From positions 1-25,915 of the IMG/VR virus record IMGVR_UViG_3300029267_000633: a stretch of DNA of 25,915 bases; one strand, written 5' to 3'. Position 1 is the stretch's first letter. Each line of letters opens with the position of its first letter. Below are positions 18,374-24,945 of the stretch, piece after piece. The notes beneath the pieces are model-generated. The model was not told the origin of the DNA, did not search any database, and was given only the letters and a program-made list of their open reading frames with translations. The position numbers and the translations under genes are program-made. Origin of the DNA: a virus. Its lineage: Duplodnaviria > Caudoviricetes.

Positions 18374-19588
18374 CTATGCGGATATGTAGATCGGGCGGTA
18401 GTCTCTGGATGAAGGGTCAGCCGTCGCATACCCGAAACGCTCAGTCAATCCAAGCGACCCGTACCGTCCGGCGTCCATGCCGTCGTCATTAATCTTCAAA
18501 GGCTCTTCCAACACTCGTCCGGTCAACTTCTCTTTCTTGCGCTGGTATCCTCGGACCTCTCGAATCAGGTCCACGCTGTCCTCAGTGATGAACAGAGGGC
18601 TACGGCGAACCACGTCAAGCCCGGTCTGGACCTGTTTATTTGCAGGAATAATATTCCAGCCAGCACGCTTGATCTCTTCGATTTGGTCCGGCCTTGCAGA
18701 ATCAGCGTAAACGTCGGCCTTTTCGATGTGCGACATGCGCTCGATAAGGTCAGCCGTGGTTAACCCGCGCTCATGCACCATCTGCTGCCAGTAAGTGCCG
18801 GTATCAGTGAACATCACCTTGACTAACGCCATCGGGTGAGCGAACCCGAAGTCAAGGCCATACGCCCATGCCCGGTACTTGGAGGGAAGTTCTCTGCACT
18901 TCTCCCAATGGGGCCAGATGAGGTTTTCCAGTTTGCCCAGGATGCCCAGGCCGTAGATGTTCCACCAATTCTCGTCGGTGTCCTTGAGTGATTCGATACG
19001 GTCAACCACCGACTGAGGCAAGACGTGTTTAGCGTCAAGGTAAGTGCTGTGGATATATGCGCTGTCCGAGCGATTGAGCAGGTCGTGTTCATGCGCCCAA
19101 AACTCTGCTACCGGGTTCCAGTCAAGGAAGGTGAACAGTCGGGTCCGCATGTCCAACTCCATGTAACTGTCGTACTGGACGTTGTTGCATTCATTAATGA
19201 ATAGAATGTCACGGCGACCGCCCCGGCCTTTGGATGGTTCATCGATAGCAAAGAACTCTATCTGCGAGCCGTTGGGGAAGGTGTAAATGTGATCTGTGCG
19301 GTTATACGCTTTGGGATCGAAAACCTCTCCCGTGATCTCCTTGAAATCACGGATACAACCGCGCTTGAGATGAGGGATTGATTCGGAAACGATAGAGATG
19401 ATAAGCGGCTTGGTTGAGTTTTGAGCAATGAGGATAGCGGCCTGTACTATTGAATAGGTCTTGCTGCTTGATGTTCCGCCCTCATTGAGAGCCATGCGCT
19501 TGCCATTAAGCCACGCAGACAGGTTGCGCTCGAAAACACTGGTACTGTTGATCTCTAAAGTTGGGGCTTCCGGTGTCGCTGTCGTCAT
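18374..19588 (-). CDS. terL: Terminase large subunit (PBSX/SPP1-like)
   Basis: Walker A GGTSSSKT, Walker B ILFINE, DWNP coupling motif, nuclease motifs GLDFG, YADSARP and DDGMDAGRY. Confidence 0.95.
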   Translation of the reverse strand: MTTATPEAPTLEINSTSVFERNLSAWLNGKRMALNEGGTSSSKTYSIVQAAILIAQNSTKPLIISIVSESIPHLKRGCIRDFKEITGEVFDPKAYNRTDHIYTFPNGSQIEFFAIDEPSKGRGGRRDILFINECNNVQYDSYMELDMRTRLFTFLDWNPVAEFWAHEHDLLNRSDSAYIHSTYLDAKHVLPQSVVDRIESLKDTDENWWNIYGLGILGKLENLIWPHWEKCRELPSKYRAWAYGLDFGFAHPMALVKVMFTDTGTYWQQMVHERGLTTADLIERMSHIEKADVYADSARPDQIEEIKRAGWNIIPANKQVQTGLDVVRRSPLFITEDSVDLIREVRGYQRKKEKLTGRVLEEPLKINDDGMDAGRYGSLGLTERFGYATADPSSRDYRPIYISA

Positions 19589-20100
19589 CCGGTGCGCTCT
19601 CCCTTCAATACTCGGCTTACCAGGTCTTGACCTTCAGGGGTTACGACGTTGATATTGACCACCGGAGCAGAAGGGATATCAACATTGTGGTCATGCTTAT
19701 TCTTGTAACCAAAGCAGTTTGTTCCAATGAACTGCGCGAACTGAGCATTATACAAGCCCTTCAATCCGTTCTGTTTCCAGATATCCTCTTGCATTTCTTT
19801 CGCGCGCGTATATGCGTCCAGAAACTCTTTATGCGCCTTTGTCCAATCAAGAAGGGTCTGCTTGCTGATTCCATGCTTTCGACAGAAGTTCTCAATTGTT
19901 GGCAACTGATTAGCAACCTCAATTTCTTTCTCTTTCTCGTCGCCGTTCTTGTAATAGAAGCGTTCGACTTTGGTAATTACCGGGTCAACGCTAAAGTGAT
20001 CGAGGAGCAGCTGAGGGAATCCATCATGGTATTTCGTCGGTCTGCCGCCCGGGTGCTTCTCAGTTTTCTTTGCGGTCTTTGGAGCCGCTTTCTTTGCCAT
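19585..20100 (-). CDS. terS: Terminase small subunit
   Basis: GGRPTKY, HTH (PTIENFCRKHGISKQTLLDW), EFLDAYTRAK; ATGA overlap with terL; start reassigned to ATG 20100 (GAGG SD). Confidence 0.85.
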   Translation of the reverse strand: MAKKAAPKTAKKTEKHPGGRPTKYHDGFPQLLLDHFSVDPVITKVERFYYKNGDEKEKEIEVANQLPTIENFCRKHGISKQTLLDWTKAHKEFLDAYTRAKEMQEDIWKQNGLKGLYNAQFAQFIGTNCFGYKNKHDHNVDIPSAPVVNINVVTPEGQDLVSRVLKGERTG

Positions 20101-20118
20101 CTCAAACCTCAATAAACG

Positions 20119-20143
20119 AAAAAAGCACTCAATTAAGAGTGCT
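20119..20143 (-). terminator. Intrinsic terminator immediately upstream of terS
   Basis: AGCACTC-TTAATT-GAGTGCT-TTTTT. Confidence 0.65.
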
Positions 20144-20166
20144 CTTGTCTGGTTGCTCAACCCTTT

Positions 20167-20295
20167 TTACTTCACGATTGCAAAAAACTCAGCAGCATCG
20201 CGTCGAGCTTCTTTAATCGCTCTTGCCTCACTGCGTTGCCGTGCTCTCTCCTGCTCGCTTGGCTTTCTGGGATTCTTTCGTTTACGCTTGCCCAT
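20167..20295 (-). CDS. 42-aa Arg/Lys-rich peptide
   Basis: MGKRKRKNPRKPSEQERARQRSEARAIKEARRDAAEFFAIVK; its initiation region (TATTGAGGTTTGAAATGG) is nearly identical to that of terS. Confidence 0.55.
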   Translation of the reverse strand: MGKRKRKNPRKPSEQERARQRSEARAIKEARRDAAEFFAIVK

Positions 20296-20333
20296 TTCAA
20301 ACCTCAATAGTTCACATTGTGAATTAAAAGTCA

Positions 20334-20460
20334 GGTTTCCCTAAGAAACTGTCACGGTTTCCCTAAGAAACTGTCAAGCATGTTATGTTAATCTTCACGG
20401 TTTCCAAAAGAAACTGTCGCACGAGTGAGGCTTTTTTTCTGACGGTTTCCCTAAGAAACT
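20334..20460. repeat. Four palindromic direct repeats GGTTTCC(C/A)(T/A)AAGAAACT(GTC)
   Basis: Copies start at 20334, 20356, 20399 and 20444. Confidence 0.92.
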
Positions 20461-20488
20461 CTTTTATATAATCTACCATCCCATGTAC

Positions 20489-20803
20489 TTATTTTATTTG
20501 CGGGTCATGTGTTCCGGTAAGCTCATAAAGGCAGTAGTAACGGTAAAGCCCGCCGTGTTGAGTTTTCCGAATCCACCCTTTTTGTTCCAATCCTTTAAGC
20601 GCCTTCCACACCGTCTTATGCCCCAGGATTCCTTCGAGTTCCGAATACGTTAAGGGTATTTCACCGTTGTTTGATCCGTTGAAGTTTGCTTTTATGTAGA
20701 TGTAAGCTATCTGCTCAGTGTGCGATAACTCTTTCCACGGTTCACCCCGCAGCATTCGTTTGTCCAGCATTACAAACGGCGGGCCTTTCTTCTTCCTTGG
20801 CAT
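20489..20803 (-). CDS. Winged-helix DNA-binding protein
   Basis: 104 aa; LTYSELEGILGHKTVWKALKGLEQKGWI helix-turn-helix plus wing (GGLYRYYCLYELT). Confidence 0.75.
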   Translation of the reverse strand: MPRKKKGPPFVMLDKRMLRGEPWKELSHTEQIAYIYIKANFNGSNNGEIPLTYSELEGILGHKTVWKALKGLEQKGWIRKTQHGGLYRYYCLYELTGTHDPQIK

Positions 20804-20913
20804 CCTCTTTCCCCTTTGCGTTGAGAGCGGGTGGTCTCCGGGGAAAGGTAGAGATCATCTTTACACAAGGTTCCCGGCCTTGCGCCCGCTTCAAACGCTT
20901 CCGTGTTTCGCAT

Positions 20914-20936
20914 AAAAAAAGCCCCTCGAAAGGGGC
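20914..20936 (-). terminator. Leader terminator 2
   Basis: GCCCCT-TTCG-AGGGGC-TTTTTTT. Confidence 0.75.
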
Positions 20937-20945
20937 CAATAAACG

Positions 20946-20972
20946 AAAAAAGGCATCCAAAGCGAATGCCTT
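20946..20972 (-). terminator. Leader terminator 1
   Basis: AAGGCATTC-GCTTT-GGATGCCTT-TTTT. Confidence 0.7.
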
Positions 20973-20997
20973 GCACACCTATCTGATCTTGATTTTA

Positions 20998-21027
20998 TCT
21001 ATACCACAATCGTAGCTAGCTTGTCAA
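20998..21027 (-). promoter_or_regulatory. Possible leftward (late) sigma70-type promoter
   Basis: TTGACA-18 nt-TATAGA with TGn extension; imperfect -10. Confidence 0.45.
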
Positions 21028-21108
21028 GCGAGTGGGATTATAAACGTTTTTTGATCGTAAATCAGGGGTTAAGGTGGGATTTTTTACCAATTGTTTATTT
21101 TTACCCCC

Positions 21109-21137
21109 TTGACAGATGTATTTTTGTCTGTTATTAT
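21109..21137 (+). promoter_or_regulatory. Strong sigma70-type promoter
   Basis: TTGACA-17 nt-TATTAT with TGn; ACAGA/TCTGT inverted arms within it. Confidence 0.8.
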
Positions 21138-21164
21138 GTGAGTATCAAAGTTAGGAGGGAAACA

Positions 21165-21689
21165 ATGGACTATACCACACAGATATCGGGAGAAATTACC
21201 ATCGGGGATATCATGGATTTAATCCACGGAAATCAAATAGAGCCGTGCGACGAGTTCACCTCAGCAGCAGGATCAGACTGTGGCAGGGTGGAAGTTTTCG
21301 AGATAGGGAGTAAGTACCTTATTAAGTATGGTGATAATGGTGAAACTAACTACGAGATAATGGACGAGTACGGCCCAAACCTTGGTGAGTGGTTAGAGTA
21401 TGATGATGTAGAGGGTATCTACAAGATTATACAACAGGCCATGATCTACGGGATAGCTAACGTCGAAGCCGCATCCGAGCAGCATGATGATTGCGAGTAT
21501 TACGTGTTGTATACATCCCATCTATACGGGCCAGTCGAGCATACAATCATCAGCCAAGATGATGATGGGGACGAAGCAGTATTTAGTACATTAAATGAAG
21601 CCCAAGAGTATGTTCGTACAGCCGATAGTGGGCCTATGTATTTGGGCCACAATGAGTATAGTCAGCAATACACAATTGTAGAGATTTAA
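21165..21689 (+). CDS. Highly acidic hypothetical protein (174 aa)
   Basis: Start reassigned to ATG 21165 (AGGAGG SD, downstream of promoter); about 36 D/E versus 5 K/R by hand count. Confidence 0.8.
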   Translation: MDYTTQISGEITIGDIMDLIHGNQIEPCDEFTSAAGSDCGRVEVFEIGSKYLIKYGDNGETNYEIMDEYGPNLGEWLEYDDVEGIYKIIQQAMIYGIANVEAASEQHDDCEYYVLYTSHLYGPVEHTIISQDDDGDEAVFSTLNEAQEYVRTADSGPMYLGHNEYSQQYTIVEI

Positions 21690-21711
21690 CTTATCCTTTA
21701 GGAGATTAATC

Positions 21712-21864
21712 ATGAAATGCCCACATTGCGGAGCGAAAGCTCATAAAGTCACCAAGCGACTGACTAAAGCAGGATTAATACAGGTCTATCGATGCACTAA
21801 CCTGGACGTCGATGACAAACACCCCCGGCACTTTAGTGTTCCGGTTGAAAATAACCCGGATTAA
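21712..21864 (+). CDS. 50-aa zinc-ribbon protein (Ogr/Delta- or InsA-like)
   Basis: Read by hand: MKCPHCGAKAHKVTKRLTKAGLIQVYRCTNLDVDDKHPRHFSVPVENNPD; AGGAG SD. Confidence 0.7.
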   Translation: MKCPHCGAKAHKVTKRLTKAGLIQVYRCTNLDVDDKHPRHFSVPVENNPD

Positions 21865-21883
21865 CCAGGAAAAGGAAGGAATG

Positions 21884-22222
21884 ATGGAACATACACCTGG
21901 ACCGTGGCACGTAACCAATGACCAATATAGTTCAGCTTTATTTGGGAATCACATAGGATTTACTATCAAATCATGGGATGGTCGCTTGCTAAGGGATGTC
22001 TGCAACATCACTTTAAACAATGCTGTTGGCATTCCTGAAGCAGAAAGGAAAGCCAACGCTCAGTTCATCGTCCGTGCCTGCAACTGCCATGATGAATTAC
22101 TGGAGGCTTGCAGGTTGACGCTTGATATTCTCGACAACATAACAACCGACAACTTCTCCAAAGGTGGTGACAAACCGGCCAGAGAAGCCCTAGAACAAGC
22201 TATCGCCAAAGCAAAGGCCTAA
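21884..22222 (+). CDS. Conserved phage hypothetical protein (HTPGPW family)
   Basis: MEHTPGPW...ANAQFIVRACNCHDELLEAC...AIAKA; start reassigned from 21812. Confidence 0.75.
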   Translation: MEHTPGPWHVTNDQYSSALFGNHIGFTIKSWDGRLLRDVCNITLNNAVGIPEAERKANAQFIVRACNCHDELLEACRLTLDILDNITTDNFSKGGDKPAREALEQAIAKAKA

Positions 22223-22238
22223 CCCCTCGCATCCTACC

Positions 22239-22385
22239 TTACGGGGCATCCTTCGGGGTGCCCCTTTTAATTCCGCACAGCCCAACAAATAACAGCAGGC
22301 CGCCGATTGCTACTACATCCCACAAGGGATGACAGATGCCGAAGATTATGAGGATCGGGCCTATTAGGAGAAGGGGGGTGGTCAC
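22239..22385 (-). CDS. 48-aa two-TM peptide
   Basis: GTGA overlap with upstream stop; MTTPLLLIGPILIIFGICHPLWDVVAIGGLLLFVGLCGIKRGTPKDAP. Confidence 0.45.
   Translation of the reverse strand: MTTPLLLIGPILIIFGICHPLWDVVAIGGLLLFVGLCGIKRGTPKDAP
22243..22268 (+). terminator. Intrinsic terminator
   Basis: GGGGCATCC-TTCG-GGGTGCCCC-TTTT. Confidence 0.8.
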
Positions 22386-22768
22386 ACTCGACTCGCTATA
22401 AAATGGGTGACATAGTATCCAAGACTGCCTATTGCTATGCTAATCACACTACCGATGATGAAATCAAAGGCATTCCCCCAAGGGTCCAGCGCCATGAATA
22501 TTGATGTCGCAACACCGTACCCCATGAGTCCAAGCCAGGGTATGAGGCATTGCATCTCCAGACTCATAGTCCCCTCGCCAGTTATCCTGTTTGCAATGGC
22601 ATAGGTGATCGTGAATCCCAAAGCTCCACCAGCTCCTAGTATAGCTATCGCCATCACCATTCCGCTTATGTCTCCCGATGAACCCGAAAGAGCAGCACCA
22701 ATAATCCCTACACCAAGCAACAGAACTATAAAAAGCCACGGTATTGCACATTTCCATTCCAAGCTCAT
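22382..22768 (-). CDS. Four-TM membrane protein made of two duplicated halves
   Basis: MSLEWKCAIPWL... and MSLEMQCLIPWL...; start reassigned to ATG 22768 (GAGGGG SD). Confidence 0.7.
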   Translation of the reverse strand: MSLEWKCAIPWLFIVLLLGVGIIGAALSGSSGDISGMVMAIAILGAGGALGFTITYAIANRITGEGTMSLEMQCLIPWLGLMGYGVATSIFMALDPWGNAFDFIIGSVISIAIGSLGYYVTHFIASRV

Positions 22769-22773
22769 CCCCT

Positions 22774-23109
22774 CTACCCCCACTGTTTAGCTTGCATTGT
22801 TCGTGATACCAGTTCAACATTTCGGTTTTCAAGTACCAGTAATCCAAGCACCCCAAATGGTGCCAAGGCTAGCAACAACCATGCAAGATTACGCTCTTTC
22901 TTTTTGAGATGCCAAGTCCCCATAATAAGCACAGATATGCAGTACCCTATCCACGCTATAAATCTCCCATTATCCACTGCCCACTGCCCAACAGTAAAAG
23001 CAAAAATGGCAAGTAACAGTATGGACACACAGAAGTTTAGCCCCATGACCCCCAGTATAAGCATAGTATTCAAATGAAGTTCTGCCCAATCCGGCATTAT
23101 TCTTTTCAT
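22774..23109 (-). CDS. Three-TM membrane protein
   Basis: 111 aa, three hydrophobic spans; KKKERNLAWLLLALAPFGVLGLLVLENR. Confidence 0.7.
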   Translation of the reverse strand: MKRIMPDWAELHLNTMLILGVMGLNFCVSILLLAIFAFTVGQWAVDNGRFIAWIGYCISVLIMGTWHLKKKERNLAWLLLALAPFGVLGLLVLENRNVELVSRTMQAKQWG

Positions 23110-23159
23110 CCCCTCTACCCCCTTGAATTGTGATAATCTAACGATGCAGTTAGTTGATT

Positions 23160-24050
23160 TTACCGATTTGCGCCTAACAGGTCAAGTCGGTCAGCCGGGC
23201 TTAACTCCTGCATAGTCTTGTTAGTTAATTGATTCATCACTTTGCGCCCGTACACATTTTTGATCTGTGACATATCCGCATGACCCAGGATAAATTGTAG
23301 CTGCCAGCCTCGTTCCGGTCCACCAACGGTTAGAAATTCACATGAATAAGCGGAGCGAAACAGATGCACTTTACGTCTTCGAACCCCACTGGCGACGCAC
23401 AGCTTTTGAACCATGCTATAAATCCCGCTTCGCGTCAGTTTGCACCCTCTCCGACTGACAAAGAAATACTCATTATCCGACCGGGCCTTTTCATACCTCT
23501 TTAGCGCATCATGGGTCCTGTCTCCCCATGATAATCGTTTTCTCTTTCCATACTTCTCAGTCACCATAACCTGCCGATTTTCGAAGTCCATGTCCCCCGC
23601 TTTAATATTACACATTGCGGTTGTGCGAATTCCAGTATCATATAGGAACAGGACAATTGCTGTGTTTCGTATCGATAGTTCATCCTGATTCGGTTCCAAA
23701 TAACAAAGCATCTTCGCCACCTCGGATGGCGTAAATGGGTCCTCCTCACATGGTGTGGCTTTTGGCTTCTTGATATTCGCACACGGATTGGCCGATATAT
23801 ACCCTTGGGCATAAGCCCACGAAAACATTGAGGCTAAACAACGAACATCGCCTTCAATAGTGTTTGAAGACTTCCCTTGCTGCCTTCGATAATCCATGTA
23901 ATCATAGATTATGTCCTCTCTAACGGGTCGGTTGCGAACACCGGTTGTAAGTAACCATTGCTTGAATATCTCAAGTTTTTGCGCGTGCCATTCTATTGTT
24001 CTTGCTTTGTCGCCCTTCGCTTTCAAATACTCAAGATACAATCCAAGCAT
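23160..24050 (-). CDS. int: Tyrosine integrase/recombinase
   Basis: Catalytic set DTGIR, EKYGK, HLFR, ILGH, VYG; SAM-like N-domain; likely start ATG 24050 (GGAG SD) rather than TTG 24167. Confidence 0.92.
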   Translation of the reverse strand: MLGLYLEYLKAKGDKARTIEWHAQKLEIFKQWLLTTGVRNRPVREDIIYDYMDYRRQQGKSSNTIEGDVRCLASMFSWAYAQGYISANPCANIKKPKATPCEEDPFTPSEVAKMLCYLEPNQDELSIRNTAIVLFLYDTGIRTTAMCNIKAGDMDFENRQVMVTEKYGKRKRLSWGDRTHDALKRYEKARSDNEYFFVSRRGCKLTRSGIYSMVQKLCVASGVRRRKVHLFRSAYSCEFLTVGGPERGWQLQFILGHADMSQIKNVYGRKVMNQLTNKTMQELSPADRLDLLGANR

Positions 24051-24137
24051 TTCCGATCTCCATTGGTTTCTGCAAAACTGCGCCTGCACACGTTGCCGGA
24101 TCACCTTCGCCCCCTTTGCAATAGATAAGAGTCCTAT

Positions 24138-24167
24138 AGAATACAGGAAATCACAAAGGGGTGTCAA
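24138..24167 (-). promoter_or_regulatory. Putative integrase promoter
   Basis: TTGACA-18 nt-TATTCT, beginning just after the repressor stop codon. Confidence 0.6.
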
Positions 24168-24168
24168 A

Positions 24169-24594
24169 CTATGAAAGTAAGTTGGCGAAGTTGAGGGCTA
24201 ACGGAGCCGGACTTTTAATCCGGGTGTCGAGGGTTCGAGCCCCTCCCGACTCACCAGTTTTCCTCGATGAGCCGTTCTGTTTACCACTATTTTGAGCTAC
24301 CGACCTTGGTCTAAAACCCGATATTGTTTCATCTAAAGATTCTTGCCCAAGGAAATACTCTATCCTCTGCTTCGTGACAGCCGATGACGCTTCAAGCATT
24401 GACCACGTGACCTCTTTAACATAACCCTTAGTCCACGACCAAACAGTCTTACCAGTTAAACCACCTTCCTTATAACCCACTTCTCCAAATTTCTGTCCAG
24501 CCTCTTCATAACTAAGCCCGGCCACCATTAATGCCAGGTCAAGCTTCAAACCAAACCGGCGCGGCGTTAACTTTATACGGTTTTGAGTAACCAC
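24169..24594 (-). CDS. XRE/CI-like immunity repressor whose 3' end spans attP
   Basis: GTG start with AAAGGAGGTGA SD; HTH GLSYEEAGQK...GKTVWSWTKG; divergent from cro-like gene, upstream of int. Confidence 0.75.
   Translation of the reverse strand: MVTQNRIKLTPRRFGLKLDLALMVAGLSYEEAGQKFGEVGYKEGGLTGKTVWSWTKGYVKEVTWSMLEASSAVTKQRIEYFLGQESLDETISGFRPRSVAQNSGKQNGSSRKTGESGGARTLDTRIKSPAPLALNFANLLS
24207..24256 (+). other. Putative attP core: 3' part of tRNA-Lys(UUU)
   Basis: Anticodon arm CCGGA-CTTTTAA-TCCGG, variable loop GTGTC, T arm GAGGG-TTCGAGC-CCCTC, acceptor strand CCGACTC-A-CCA; no matching 5' acceptor strand or D arm upstream; adjacent to int. Confidence 0.88.
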
Positions 24595-24635
24595 TTTATC
24601 ACCTCCTTTCGCCTCCGCGCTTTACTGTAGACATG

Positions 24636-24664
24636 ATTTTACCATGTGGGTGCTGTGTTGTCAA
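24636..24664 (-). promoter_or_regulatory. Repressor promoter
   Basis: TTGACA-17 nt-TAAAAT with TGn. Confidence 0.8.
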
Positions 24665-24683
24665 CATTTGTAAGATTTTGGTG

Positions 24684-24712
24684 TTGACAAGGCCAAAATA
24701 GTATGGTAATAT
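24684..24712 (+). promoter_or_regulatory. Early lytic promoter
   Basis: TTGACA-17 nt-TAATAT with TGn. Confidence 0.75.
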
Positions 24713-24752
24713 ATTGGCGTGGAAGAGGTAAAGATTTTACGGAGCCTGTAAC

Positions 24753-24935
24753 ATGCCGAAGTCAGTTGAAGAGATAGTCAAGGCCAATTTCCCGGATGAA
24801 TGCGAGACGTTAGGAGACGCGGCAAAGATGATCGCCAGGTCACTAGCTCGGACCAAGAGCATACCGAAATCTGCTGGAGAGTTGGGGCTTTCCCGGTCTG
24901 GACTGTGGAAGTATCTCAACTATCAAAAGGTATAG
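24753..24935 (+). CDS. Cro-like HTH protein
   Basis: 60 aa; SIPKSAGELGLSRSGLWKYL; first gene of the divergent unit. Confidence 0.7.
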   Translation: MPKSVEEIVKANFPDECETLGDAAKMIARSLARTKSIPKSAGELGLSRSGLWKYLNYQKV

Positions 24936-24945
24936 GAGGGAACCC

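Noticed and set aside
20334-20460. Mini CRISPR array
   Set aside because: Repeats are only ~17-21 nt, gaps are irregular (1, 22, ~25 nt) and no cas gene is in the window.
20686-21015. Several short overlapping ORFs in the leader region
   Set aside because: They span terminator hairpins, lack SDs and have no recognisable motifs.
21021-21164. N-terminal extension of the acidic protein (ORF track start 21021)
   Set aside because: The region holds the promoter; the strong SD precedes ATG 21165.
21812-21883. N-terminal extension of the HTPGPW protein
   Set aside because: Overlaps the better supported Zn-ribbon ORF; the SD precedes ATG 21881/21884.
24181-24256. Complete tRNA-Lys gene
   Set aside because: The sequence upstream of 24207 cannot pair with acceptor strand CCGACTC and forms no D arm; only the 3' part is present.
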